Shown: positions 18,494 through 28,389, numbered from the stretch's first letter. The stretch is 64,000 nucleotides of DNA from Nitrospira sp. CG24D (GCA_002869855.2 NEWQ02000006.1:67045-131044), one strand, 5' to 3'. Notes: generated from the sequence alone by a model not told the origin. Numbers and translations are program-made.

Positions 18494-20341
18494 GTGAATA
18501 CAATGGCGGCAACAGCGTCAACTCCAGCCAGCAGTCGATTTCACCAATTTCTCACACATCCCCGCTCACGGCTGATTCTGCTGCAATGCCTGGTGAGCGT
18601 GATCCTGTCCTATGAGCTGCTCTTCGGAACGGAGTCGGTCATCAGCCGTTTGAAAAGCGACGGGATGGTCGTTGGAATTTGGGCATTCGTGGGAATGCTC
18701 GTTTTGTTGCCGAGGGCCTGGTTCGAGTTAGCCTGGGTCAATGGCGCGCTCGTGGCCGTTGATACGGTGCTGGTGACAGGGACGATCTATCTTTCAGGGA
18801 ACGCGCGCCCAGATCTCTATATCGCATACTTTGTCTTGATGCTGGTGGCAGCCTCGGTACGGCGTATGAGTCACATGATGGGGCTGTGTCTCCTCCTCTG
18901 CGCCGGGTATGCCGCATTGTTGTATGAAGGTATTGTCCACAGTGAAACCGTCGCGGTCGGCCATTTACTTGGCGTGCCAGTGCTCCTTGTGATGGCGGTA
19001 TTCTACGGGCTGGCCTTGGAAGCCGTGACGGTTGTGCAAGAAGAGAAGTCGACGTTGTTGAAGGACGTCGAATCCTTGAAGCGAATCGAGGAGCAATTGG
19101 CAGCCAGCAAGGTGCAGTTGGAAGCCCGCATTGCCGGATTAAACAAGGACCTGACGCAGTCCCAGGACAAGCTGCAGCAGGGGCTGGCGGTGCGGCAAGG
19201 GTTAGAACGCCGATTGCGCGAGGCGCAGAAGATGGAGGCCGTCGGACGGATGGCGGCCGGGATCGCCAAGGAGTTCGGCGAGTTGTTTTCGGTGATCGGG
19301 AAGCAGACCGGTGTGCTGCTGGCCCACTTGCCGCCCAACGATCCTCTGCGAGCTGCGACTGACGAGATCTTTAAAACCGGAGAGAAAGCCGCCGCATTGA
19401 CGGCTCAATTGATCGCGCTCAATTTGGAAGATGGGCATGTCCGGCAGGTGCTGTCGGTAAAGACGGTTCTGGCGGATATTCAAAGCGCGATCAAGAGTCT
19501 TCTTCCGGCGCAGATTGATCTTGCGATCCATGCCGACGAATCCCCGATTTATGCAGAAGTCGATCGGGAGGGACTGGAAAAGGTGCTGTTCCAACTGGTG
19601 GTCAATGCGCGGGATGCCATGCCGAGCGGTGGACGACTGGCGATTGAGGCTCGCTCAGGTGCGGGCCTGCCAGGTGCCACTCATGCGAGCGGGGTTGGCA
19701 AGAAGCCATCTCACGACGTGCTGGTTCAGATCAGTGACACTGGAACGGGGATGAATGTGGACACTCAGGCGAGGATGTTCGAACCATTTTTTTCGACGAA
19801 AGAAACCAATGTCGGACTCGGTCTGACAGCGGTGTACGGGATCATCAAGCAAAATGGGGGGATGGTTGAAGTGGATAGCCGGCCAGGGCAAGGGACGGTG
19901 GTTCGGGTCTGGCTGCCGGGCGCACGGGTTGTCAATGCGCATGAGGAGCCGGTTCCCAATTCGATGCTGGCCAAGGGAGACGAGACGATTCTGCTGGTTG
20001 AGGAAGATGAGATTAGTCGCAAGCTGGTCGGCTCGATGCTGGTCCGGCACAAGTACCGCGTGCTGGAGGCTGCTTCTTCCGTTGAGGCATTGATGCTGAC
20101 CCAGGGCTACCAAGGCATTGTGCATTTAACGGTGAGCCCTTTGGTCATGCCCGAGATCGGAGGTCGGGAATTAGCTCGCCGGCTTCTCAATCATCAACCC
20201 ACGATGAAAACGCTGTTTGTGTCGAGCTATGACGATCAGACGATCGCGCATCATCGGATCAATCGACGCTTTGTGCTGCAGCAGCCCTATCGGCAAGTCG
20301 GATTAGTGGAGAAAGTCAGAGAAATGCTCGACGCCGCGTAG
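18494..20341 (+). CDS. Hybrid sensor kinase-like protein (membrane N-terminus, DHp-like, HATPase_c, receiver-like)
   Basis: GTG at 18494 lies 7 nt after GGAGGG; ATG 18503 is an alternative start. The ATPase boxes are intact (NARDAM, DTGTGM, FEPFFSTK, GLGLT). The H-box reads AAGIAKEFGELF and the receiver acceptor position reads TVSPLVMP. Confidence 0.8.
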   Translation: MNTMAATASTPASSRFHQFLTHPRSRLILLQCLVSVILSYELLFGTESVISRLKSDGMVVGIWAFVGMLVLLPRAWFELAWVNGALVAVDTVLVTGTIYLSGNARPDLYIAYFVLMLVAASVRRMSHMMGLCLLLCAGYAALLYEGIVHSETVAVGHLLGVPVLLVMAVFYGLALEAVTVVQEEKSTLLKDVESLKRIEEQLAASKVQLEARIAGLNKDLTQSQDKLQQGLAVRQGLERRLREAQKMEAVGRMAAGIAKEFGELFSVIGKQTGVLLAHLPPNDPLRAATDEIFKTGEKAAALTAQLIALNLEDGHVRQVLSVKTVLADIQSAIKSLLPAQIDLAIHADESPIYAEVDREGLEKVLFQLVVNARDAMPSGGRLAIEARSGAGLPGATHASGVGKKPSHDVLVQISDTGTGMNVDTQARMFEPFFSTKETNVGLGLTAVYGIIKQNGGMVEVDSRPGQGTVVRVWLPGARVVNAHEEPVPNSMLAKGDETILLVEEDEISRKLVGSMLVRHKYRVLEAASSVEALMLTQGYQGIVHLTVSPLVMPEIGGRELARRLLNHQPTMKTLFVSSYDDQTIAHHRINRRFVLQQPYRQVGLVEKVREMLDAA

Positions 20342-20353
20342 CGCTCAGCACCA

Positions 20354-21058
20354 CTAGTAACGTCTGGAGTGCTCTGATGCGAAAAAAGACACATCCCGCT
20401 GTTTGAAGATCCCTACCAGGGCCATGCCTGCCACGAATCCTCCAATGTGAGCGAAGAATGCGATCCCTCCACCGTGCGATCCCAGTGACAGTCCTCCGCT
20501 GTACAGCTGACCCAAGAACCAGAATCCCAAGACGATGACGGCCGGTACAGAGGTGGTTCCAAAGAAGGGGGGTGGGATCAGCACCAGCACGCGGGCTCTG
20601 GGATAGAGCAGGAGATAGGCTCCCAGAATCGCGGAAATGGCACCGCTGGCGCCGACCATGGGGATCTGAGAGGACGGGTCGGTGAATGCGTGGCTCAGCG
20701 CTGCAAAGACTCCGCAGAGGACGTAGAAAACCGCAAATTTTAGATGGCCCATGGCATCTTCGATATTGTTGCCGAAGATCCAGAGGTAAAGCATGTTGCC
20801 GAGCAAATGCATCCAGCCGCCGTGCAGAAACATGCTCGTGATCAGGGTCAGTGTTGCGGGAATGGAGACGATGTCGTCCGGGAGCGTAGCGTGGCTGAAA
20901 ATGACGCTAGGGATAGCCCCATATTGAAAGGCAAAGGCCTCGCCGAGCTTGTCAGAAAGCGTGAACTGGTAGGCAAACACTACCGTGCAGATCGCAATGA
21001 TGGCGACCGTCACGATCGGCGGTCGCTCGGTCGGGTTATCGTCGCGCAGGGGGAGCAT
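20354..21058 (-). CDS. Rhomboid-family intramembrane serine protease
   Basis: Motifs HGGWMHLLGNMLYLWIFG, GASGAISAILGAY (catalytic Ser) and AHIGGFVAG (catalytic His). Confidence 0.9.
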   Translation of the reverse strand: MLPLRDDNPTERPPIVTVAIIAICTVVFAYQFTLSDKLGEAFAFQYGAIPSVIFSHATLPDDIVSIPATLTLITSMFLHGGWMHLLGNMLYLWIFGNNIEDAMGHLKFAVFYVLCGVFAALSHAFTDPSSQIPMVGASGAISAILGAYLLLYPRARVLVLIPPPFFGTTSVPAVIVLGFWFLGQLYSGGLSLGSHGGGIAFFAHIGGFVAGMALVGIFKQRDVSFFASEHSRRY

Positions 21059-21066
21059 GGGGTTCG

Positions 21067-21939
21067 CTAGGGTGTTCGGCGACGATCAATAATAGGCCGG
21101 GGCAGGTCCGGGCTTGAGGGAAGCGATCCATCACCATTGAGAGGCACAGAAAACCCGGCCGCATGGGTATGACCCCCGCCGCCGAAGGATGCTGCAATGC
21201 TTCCCACATCGGTGCCGTCTTCACGGGATCGCATGCTGAAGTAGCGACGGTTATCCCGATCGTGCCAGATCAGGCAAAAAGGATGATCCGGAGAGAGGCG
21301 CTCTCCGATCTGACTGGTGAGGATGGCGCTCTGCACGGCCGGGATCACGGCACCTTGAAACTCGACCATCACGGCCTGCGCGGCGAGCTTCCCGACGAGC
21401 TCCTGTTCGTATCGAAGGATCGCGCGGCCTTCCTGCTCCAGTTCGGGTTGAGTGAATCGGTTCCATCGTTGAAAGTCGAATGGATAGGATGCAATGGCAG
21501 CGTTGATTTCGCGGCTTCCCGGGAGCGCCCAACTCCAGAGGTCTTTGTCCTGGATGTATTGCAGCAGCCATGGAGCCGGGGTTCCGTGTGCCCATTCCCA
21601 TCCCAACACCGCGCCTGATTTCTTCAGGTCAAAGTAGGCATAGGGCAGGCCGGCCAGGGATTGTTCGGCGGTGATGTGGTGATCGAGGATCAGCAGCTCT
21701 TTCGTCTCAGCGGCCATTGTTTCGAGAATCGGTCTTGAGTAGCTGAAGTCGACGATCACGACGCGCTGATCTTTGATATCCGCAGGAGGGGGATTCCCGT
21801 GCTTGACGGGAATAAATCGCGCCGCGGGATATTGTTTCCAGATAGCCCAGGCCGCGCCAAATCCATCAGCGCACTCGGCATGATAGAGGACGGTGCTCGG
21901 GGGATTGGTGAATTGGAAGGGTTGTGGCGAATCACTCAT
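21067..21939 (-). CDS. DHH/DHHA1-family phosphoesterase (NrnA-like)
   Basis: Motifs ILDHH and GGGGHTHAAGF. The start is either ATG 21939 or the upstream ATG 21960. Confidence 0.8.
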   Translation of the reverse strand: MSDSPQPFQFTNPPSTVLYHAECADGFGAAWAIWKQYPAARFIPVKHGNPPPADIKDQRVVIVDFSYSRPILETMAAETKELLILDHHITAEQSLAGLPYAYFDLKKSGAVLGWEWAHGTPAPWLLQYIQDKDLWSWALPGSREINAAIASYPFDFQRWNRFTQPELEQEGRAILRYEQELVGKLAAQAVMVEFQGAVIPAVQSAILTSQIGERLSPDHPFCLIWHDRDNRRYFSMRSREDGTDVGSIAASFGGGGHTHAAGFSVPLNGDGSLPSSPDLPRPIIDRRRTP

Positions 21940-22007
21940 AATTGCCTGCCACAATACCATGCCCGCGGGTGTGGACTAAAGGGGCGGTTGATGGGATTTT
22001 GCGATCG

Positions 22008-23069
22008 TCAGAGTTGATTGACGTGATCGATAAGTTGGCGAAGTCGTCCAGCGCTCCGGCGGTTGAATGGGAAGATCAGCCGGGGAAGGCTTGCGATGGC
22101 TGGTTCGTCCAGTTCCTCTTCCAATGCCGTGCGCAGTTCAAAACGTCCTTCAGAGAGCAGGTCGCCGAATCGAGCCTGGATCTGTTCGAGTTGCTCCGTG
22201 GAGATGGGGGATTTCAGCCGCATCGCCATCAACTTTCCGACGAATCGAATGGAGTGGTAGCGGCGATAGAACGTCGATATCTCTTCCACGGCCGCTTCCG
22301 CTGAGTTCACGACCTTGAAGAGGCTGAGGTCTTCCTCGTTGATCAGCCGTCGCTTCAAGAGTTGCTTCACAATGAAGGCGGACCAGTCATCCCAGTAATC
22401 ACATCCGGGGGCCTGGATGCAGACAATCGGCTGAGGGTCGCTCTTCCCGGTTTGCGCCAGCGTCAGGATTTCAAATCCTTCATCGTGTGTCCCGAAGCCG
22501 CCGGGGAACAGAGCAATCGCGTTAGCTTCTTTCTGGAACATCAGCTTGCGGGTAAAGAAGTATTTGAAGGTGATCAGCTTGGGATCGTTGGCAATCGTAG
22601 CGTTCGCGCCCTGCTCGAACGGGAGCATGATGTTGACCCCGAAACTGTTTTCGCGTCCGGCCCCTTCCTGTGAGGCGCGCATGATGCCGTCTGCGCCGCC
22701 TGTGATCACCATGTAGCCAGCTTTCACTACTTGCTTCGCGAAGCGATGGGCTAACTGATAATTGGGATCATCGGAGGGAGTGCGTGCTGAGCCGAAGATG
22801 CTGACCTTTCGCCGATCGTGATAACCGTTAAAGACGGCAAAGGCGTGACGCAGTTCTTTGATTGCGCGGTTAATGATCTTCAGATCCAGGAGGTCGAGAT
22901 GCGAATCATGGAGCTTCAAGATTCCGGTCAGAAGCTCCCTCATCAGAGCGGCCTGAAGATCGTCTTCAGGACTGTCTAGGAGGGCGCGAATTTGGTTCAG
23001 AACCTCATCATTGGAAAGTATCGTGCGTGGGCGGCTTTGTGTAGATTTCATAGGGGAGTCCATAGGCAC
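22008..23069 (-). CDS. LOG/TIGR00730-family nucleotide nucleosidase (PpnN-like, long form)
   Basis: Motifs SIFGSAR, ITGGADGIMRA and PGGFGTHDEGFE, with extra N- and C-terminal helical regions. Confidence 0.8.
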   Translation of the reverse strand: MPMDSPMKSTQSRPRTILSNDEVLNQIRALLDSPEDDLQAALMRELLTGILKLHDSHLDLLDLKIINRAIKELRHAFAVFNGYHDRRKVSIFGSARTPSDDPNYQLAHRFAKQVVKAGYMVITGGADGIMRASQEGAGRENSFGVNIMLPFEQGANATIANDPKLITFKYFFTRKLMFQKEANAIALFPGGFGTHDEGFEILTLAQTGKSDPQPIVCIQAPGCDYWDDWSAFIVKQLLKRRLINEEDLSLFKVVNSAEAAVEEISTFYRRYHSIRFVGKLMAMRLKSPISTEQLEQIQARFGDLLSEGRFELRTALEEELDEPAIASLPRLIFPFNRRSAGRLRQLIDHVNQL

Positions 23070-23155
23070 CGTTATTTATAGTGAACAAGAGTGAGTGAAA
23101 AAATTCTACCAGTCGCGGTTCTTGCGGTCAAAGAAGATCGTGAGTTGCGCGACGA

Positions 23156-23926
23156 CTAGGCTAGATCGGTTGATTTGGGCGAGTTCTGAAGGACCCAGGC
23201 TTTAATGCGGGATTGATCGGCCGGAGAGAGTCCGGTGAATTGGACGTCGACGCTAGGGCTTCCCACCGTTCCGGTTCTTCCGGACTCGTAGACCGGGGCA
23301 TAGTCCTCGAGGATCGTTCCGGTAACGGTCAGGGGGGCTGTCAGATCAGGAAGGGCGAATCTAAGGAAGACGTGTGTGCCGGGTAATAAGAGGGTCGCGG
23401 TTTGGACCATGGCGCCGACATGGCTGAGCTGCACGATGACGGCCTGGTGTTGAGCGCCGGGTGAGTTTGAATCCATGCCCCCGATCGTCGCAGGGACTCG
23501 AGTATGACAGCGTTTGGGGGATAAGACGAGATCACGTGCGGTCAATACTCCGACCGGTTGTTCCTGTTTGGTGACGATGAGAATGGGGGTCCCCGAAGCC
23601 ATCATGAGTGTCGTGGCCTCATCCGCCGCGCGGTCGTATTCAATAAAGTGCACCGGGTGAGACATGATCGCTCGAACTTCGATCTCATCCGGTGCAAGGC
23701 CCAGAGCCACCACTTTTTTCACAATGTCTGAAGGCGTCATCAAGCCAAAGTGCAGGTCCGTGTCTTTCACCAGCAGGCAGGGCATCTGCTCACGTTCTAG
23801 GAGCGTGGCCGCTTCAGTCACGGAAATGTCACCGGGAATTTGAACGACACCTGGAGTCATCATGTGTGCGACCACTGTTAGTTTGGGGTTCGGTGTTTTC
23901 GGTGGTTGATTGTTGAGACTTACCAT
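23156..23926 (-). CDS. CBS-pair protein with a PilZ-like C-terminal domain
   Basis: Two CBS repeats (MTPGVVQI..., IMSHPVHFI...). The C-terminus has RCHTR (RxxxR) and QLSHVG (a degenerate D/NxSxxG). Confidence 0.65.
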   Translation of the reverse strand: MVSLNNQPPKTPNPKLTVVAHMMTPGVVQIPGDISVTEAATLLEREQMPCLLVKDTDLHFGLMTPSDIVKKVVALGLAPDEIEVRAIMSHPVHFIEYDRAADEATTLMMASGTPILIVTKQEQPVGVLTARDLVLSPKRCHTRVPATIGGMDSNSPGAQHQAVIVQLSHVGAMVQTATLLLPGTHVFLRFALPDLTAPLTVTGTILEDYAPVYESGRTGTVGSPSVDVQFTGLSPADQSRIKAWVLQNSPKSTDLA

Positions 23927-24105
23927 CGCATCGCCAGGGTGTTCAGGGTGTCCGGTGCTCGTCCTGGCTGCAGCGGCGTATGGGAAGTATAGCAGACGGA
24001 TCTGAGTTCCCCTCTCTCCGCCAAAGCCTTGTCATTCAACAGTTTATCGGCATACACTAAGTCCGATTGACGCTTGAGACTTTGATGGAGTGGAAGGGTG
24101 GACGG

Positions 24106-25605
24106 ATGACCCTGTCGCGTAATGTGTGTCATGATTTCCAGGACCGAGTGGCTCGGATCCCCGTTCACGGGCTCGGGCTGTCGGTCGATGTCTATTCGCC
24201 AGACCTTCCTAGCTTGCTCGCCGACCTGACACGCCGTCAAGTCTTTCCGATGTACTTGGAGGTGTTTCATGCGACCTTCAGTGCGCTGACCACTGTTCGT
24301 GATCAGACCGATTTGCCGCTTCCCTACCATGGAGAAGGACTCTGGGTGACGCAACCGGGGGCTGAGTCTGATCCGTTGTTTCAAGAAGAAGCACAGGTGC
24401 TAGCATCCCATCTCTCTCTGCTCCGGAGCGCCTGGTCGAATCATGAATGTGCGACGAAGCATATCGCCGGGTATTCGTTCGGGACCTATCTTCCTCCACT
24501 CTACACCGCGTCGAGTGCCGATGTGGTGGCCAAGAATATCAGCCTGGTCCAGGCGATCTTTGATCAACAAGCTGCGCTGCAGGGAGGCGGCTCTCCGCTC
24601 TTTCTTCTGGAGATGCCGCCGCTGACGTTTTTTGTCGCCGGGACCCTTTCGATTCCGGCCTACTTTCGTCGCGTTACAGACCAAGCAGCCTGCGGACTTG
24701 TGCTGGATGTCGGACATCTATGGACCGTCTATCGCTACTCTGGAGCCTGGCGGGCTCAGTCCATCACACAATTCGTCGATGACTTTCTGCGTGAGTTTCC
24801 GGTCGAGCGGGTCGTGGAGATCCATGTCGCGGGACTTGCCGTCCATGAATCTCTGGTCGGCAAGGCGGATGTCGTGGATAGTGAGGATCCGAATCCCCTT
24901 CCGCGATGGACGGATGCCCATGCCGCGCCGATTCCCCCGGTGTTGTTCGAGATGTTGGATCGCATTCTCCAGTGCGGCCGATTGGAGCATTTGCGAGGAA
25001 TGGCGCTCGAAGTTGATACGAAACCCAGTGATCTCATTGCCGACGAGTTGGCCTGGTTTTTAGAACGATATAGACACATGTTTGATCAGGATGTGCCGCG
25101 AGGCTCCGTCGCAGATGCATCTCCTCCCCCGCCGGCCAATGCGCGATTCTCGACGAACGACGGTTCCGTATTGAAGACAGAGTCTCTGTCCGAGGCCTAT
25201 GATCAGTACGCGCAAGTTGTATCGAGCCGGGCAGAGCCGGTCGGGCCGAACTGGATGGCGCCAACGGCCTGTGCGGATGAACTCGACTGGTATCGCACAA
25301 AGTATCTCCCCCACGAAATTCTGCACTGGGGTGGCGATATCGAAGCGATGTTTCCTGAAACCTGTCGTGCGATGGCTGGACAGCAGATCGCTCTTGACGG
25401 ATTTGTGTCCTATTGGTTTCACCTCCCGCATCCGGTGACTCGGTCCTATGATTTCTTTGATGTGAAGATCGATCGCTTTGTGGACTTTGTCAGGGAGTTG
25501 GCTCCGGATCTGGAGCCACTGGCGCAACGGGAAGCGACCGAACTTCGCCTGGCCTACCAAGCGGCGAGCGAGGCTCCACTCTCAACGGCGAGCATATACC
25601 CATGA
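24106..25605 (+). CDS. DUF692/MNIO-family (MbnB/TglH-like) enzyme fused to an unassigned C-terminal domain of about 190 aa
   Basis: TIM-barrel-like DUF692 signatures (HGLGLSVDVY, LDVGHLW, EIHVAG, TDAHAAPIP). The start is uncertain (24067, 24085 or 24106). Confidence 0.7.
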   Translation: MTLSRNVCHDFQDRVARIPVHGLGLSVDVYSPDLPSLLADLTRRQVFPMYLEVFHATFSALTTVRDQTDLPLPYHGEGLWVTQPGAESDPLFQEEAQVLASHLSLLRSAWSNHECATKHIAGYSFGTYLPPLYTASSADVVAKNISLVQAIFDQQAALQGGGSPLFLLEMPPLTFFVAGTLSIPAYFRRVTDQAACGLVLDVGHLWTVYRYSGAWRAQSITQFVDDFLREFPVERVVEIHVAGLAVHESLVGKADVVDSEDPNPLPRWTDAHAAPIPPVLFEMLDRILQCGRLEHLRGMALEVDTKPSDLIADELAWFLERYRHMFDQDVPRGSVADASPPPPANARFSTNDGSVLKTESLSEAYDQYAQVVSSRAEPVGPNWMAPTACADELDWYRTKYLPHEILHWGGDIEAMFPETCRAMAGQQIALDGFVSYWFHLPHPVTRSYDFFDVKIDRFVDFVRELAPDLEPLAQREATELRLAYQAASEAPLSTASIYP

Positions 25606-26786
25606 GCTTCTGGTCGACATTGCCGCGCCCGATCATGGGCCTCTCTCCGATGGACGGGGTGACGGATGCGACGTTCCGTCGAGTGATTGCTCAGCACGGC
25701 CGGCCTGATGTGACCTTTACCGAGTTTACGCACGTTCATGATGTCTGTCGGGGGCCGGAGTTCCTGCTGAACACGCTGATCTATAGTGAATTGGAACGGC
25801 CGGTTGTTGCCCAGCTCTATGGCAAAGATCCGGCGTTGTTCTACCAGGCCACGCACGCGGCCTGCGAGTTAGGATTTGATGGAATCGATATTAATATGGG
25901 GTGCCCGTCGAAGAATGTCGCCTCATCCGGGTCGGGTGCCGGCCTGATCAGGACCCCGGATGTTGCCCATGCAATTATGCAAGCCACCAGTCGTGCCATT
26001 CACGATTGGGCGAACGGGCAGACGTTGGAACGGGTCGGGTTTAAACCTGCCAGGATTGCGGCGATTCGGGCGATGAATGTTGGGCGCCAGGGAGCAGTGC
26101 CCGTTCCGCGACGCCTGTTGCCGCTGTCAGTGAAGACCCGGCTGGGATACGACTCCGTGATTGTCGAAGATTGGGTCTCACATCTGATTCAAGAAAAACC
26201 CGTTGCGATTACACTGCACGGGCGCACTCTCCAGCAGATGTATCGCGGCGAGGCGGATTGGTCGGCGATTGCGAGGGCCGTCCAGTTAGCCAAAGGGACC
26301 GGAATCTTGTTATTGGGGAACGGCGATGTGCAAAGTCTCGATGAGGTGGTGAGTCGCGTTCAATCCACGCAGGTGGATGGAGTCCTGGTCGGACGAGCTG
26401 TGCTTGGAGCGCCATGGTTTTTTCACGCCAAAGAGCAGGCCCGTGCGTTTGCAAGGGCGGATGTGTCAGGAGCTCGCATTAAAGACCAGCCGATGGAGCT
26501 TGCCGCGCGCTTCGCGCTGATGCTCGACCATGCGCGGCAGTTCCAGGCGATCTGCGGCCCGGGGCAATTTCATCGCATGCGGAAGCATTTGGGGTGGTAC
26601 TGCAAAGGCTTCCCCCATGCGGCGGCGTTGCGCGGCCAGATGTTTCGCGTGTCATCCGCGGAAGACGTGGAGGCCATGATCGCCCGCTATCAGGCCAATC
26701 AGATCGTCGATGGTCCCGCCACGGGTGGAGTGTCTGGTGAGGATCTGTCGAATGAGGCCCAGACGCTTGTATCGCGATGCAGTTGA
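25602..26786 (+). CDS. tRNA-dihydrouridine synthase
   Basis: Motifs LSPMDGVTD and DINMGCP (catalytic Cys). The start overlaps the upstream stop (ATGA). Confidence 0.9.
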   Translation: MSFWSTLPRPIMGLSPMDGVTDATFRRVIAQHGRPDVTFTEFTHVHDVCRGPEFLLNTLIYSELERPVVAQLYGKDPALFYQATHAACELGFDGIDINMGCPSKNVASSGSGAGLIRTPDVAHAIMQATSRAIHDWANGQTLERVGFKPARIAAIRAMNVGRQGAVPVPRRLLPLSVKTRLGYDSVIVEDWVSHLIQEKPVAITLHGRTLQQMYRGEADWSAIARAVQLAKGTGILLLGNGDVQSLDEVVSRVQSTQVDGVLVGRAVLGAPWFFHAKEQARAFARADVSGARIKDQPMELAARFALMLDHARQFQAICGPGQFHRMRKHLGWYCKGFPHAAALRGQMFRVSSAEDVEAMIARYQANQIVDGPATGGVSGEDLSNEAQTLVSRCS

Positions 26787-27412
26787 TTCTCGCCTCAACC
26801 TCTCCTCGCCGCCGCGAACTCCTCGCGCTGCTCGGTATTCCATTCGAGATTGTCGTTCCGGATTTTGAAGAAGTGCCTCAGCCTGGATGGAGTCCAATGC
26901 GACAGGTTGAGCATTTTGCGCGTGAGAAGGCGCGGTCCATTGCGATTGCGCGACCGGCCGCTCTGGTGTTGGGCAGCGATACTGTGATTGAACTCGCCGG
27001 GCGGATGTTGGGCAAGCCGGCGGATCTGGCCGATGCGCGCGCGATGCTGAGGAGATTGGCAGGGCGGTCGCATTATGTACATACGGCCGTGGCCCTCTGT
27101 CGGCAGATCCCTCATCATGAAGCTGTCGCGATCGAGACTGCCACGGTGCAGATGAAAGCCTATGACGAAGCTGCCATCGAGGGATACCTGGCGACTCAAG
27201 AGCCGATGGGGAAGGCCGGCGCCTATTCCATTCAGGGCATGGGTGGGGAGTTGATTCAGACGATTAGCGGTGATTTTCTCGGCATTGTCGGGTTGCCGTT
27301 GCGAACGGTCGCGATACTGCTGGCCGGCGCAGGTGAGACCGTTTCCGTCGATGTCGATGCGCTCTATCAGGACAAACCCTATTCGAATTGGGCGCGGTTT
27401 ACGCACGATTGA
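26777..27412 (+). CDS. maf: Maf-family nucleoside-triphosphate pyrophosphatase
   Basis: The N-terminus is MQLILASTSPRRRELL, and AGAYSIQG is present. Confidence 0.9.
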   Translation: MQLILASTSPRRRELLALLGIPFEIVVPDFEEVPQPGWSPMRQVEHFAREKARSIAIARPAALVLGSDTVIELAGRMLGKPADLADARAMLRRLAGRSHYVHTAVALCRQIPHHEAVAIETATVQMKAYDEAAIEGYLATQEPMGKAGAYSIQGMGGELIQTISGDFLGIVGLPLRTVAILLAGAGETVSVDVDALYQDKPYSNWARFTHD

Positions 27413-27477
27413 AATGACCTGGCGCTTCCCCTACAATGTGCCATTCTTGTCTTGGCTTTATCTTCAGGGAGGCGGTT

Positions 27478-28140
27478 ATGCAGAGCAGAGCCCATCGACG
27501 TCAAGGAATGGTGGCAGTGTCGAGTCTCTTGGGAATTCTGGCGCTCGTCGGACCGCAGGCGGCGTCGGCCATTGACGTGAAGCTGTCCGCAGATGACGCG
27601 CAGAAGGCTCTGGAGGCCGGCCGTATTCCGATGGACAAGGCCAATTCTCCTGAAGACGTCAAGAAAGTCCTGCAGCAAGCGTCTTTGGCCACCCGGGTCG
27701 GGTCAGATCCTGAGAAAGACCCCTGCGGTGCCAGCGCCATCCTGCGTACCAAGCGATTCCGACTCGAAGCCTTCGGGCGACAGGAAGCGGCGGAATCCAA
27801 GAAGCAGAAGAAAGAAATCCGCATGCCGGATGAGTTCATCAAGAAAGTCGTCGACATGCCGAACATGGAAGTGGAAGTGCAGCTCTGTGGGGACGACGAA
27901 TACTTTGCCGAAGGAGCGCAGGTTGCGTTTCAACAAGGGAACAAGAATATCAAGTCCATCGATGTGAGCCCTGCGGAAAAGGGCCGCAAGAACGACGGCC
28001 AAGGTCCCGCCTTCCGATCACGATTCACGGCGCGCTTCGCCTACGACAGCTTCGATCCCAACGCTAAGACGAAAGTCATCGTGTTCTTCCCGGACGGGAA
28101 GACGAGCGAATTTGACGCCGACTTCTCCAAGGTCCGGTAA
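27478..28140 (+). CDS. Secreted hypothetical protein
   Basis: ATG at 27478 follows GGGAGG. It has a signal peptide (VAVSSLLGILALVGPQAASA). No family was recognised. Confidence 0.6.
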   Translation: MQSRAHRRQGMVAVSSLLGILALVGPQAASAIDVKLSADDAQKALEAGRIPMDKANSPEDVKKVLQQASLATRVGSDPEKDPCGASAILRTKRFRLEAFGRQEAAESKKQKKEIRMPDEFIKKVVDMPNMEVEVQLCGDDEYFAEGAQVAFQQGNKNIKSIDVSPAEKGRKNDGQGPAFRSRFTARFAYDSFDPNAKTKVIVFFPDGKTSEFDADFSKVR

Positions 28141-28389
28141 GCCCTCTGCCTAAGAGGGATTGGTTATCACTTCACGTGTGGTGATTCCTTCTCTCGCTCG
28201 GGCATGTTGTCGTGTCTAAGCGTCCTTCTACGGTCTGTGTTCGCCCGCCTGTGTCCCCCCTTTCTCTTTTTGATCTTCTTGCGTGTTGTCGCGGACAATC
28301 TCAGGTATTCGTAGCGAAAGAAGCCGCTATCTGTCTGATGCCCGTCAGTGGATACCCCCTGGGTTCAATCAAGGAAGTAGAATGGGCTG

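Noticed and set aside
18264-18521. The 85-aa minus-strand ORF upstream of the sensor kinase.
   Set aside because: It has no RBS or motifs, and it overlaps the probable kinase start and promoter region.
28300-28389. I looked for a LexA/SOS box upstream of dinB.
   Set aside because: There is no CTGT-N8-ACAG or CGAAC-N4-GTTCG type palindrome. The only dyad (CTGA...TCAG around 28332-28349) has 4-bp arms.
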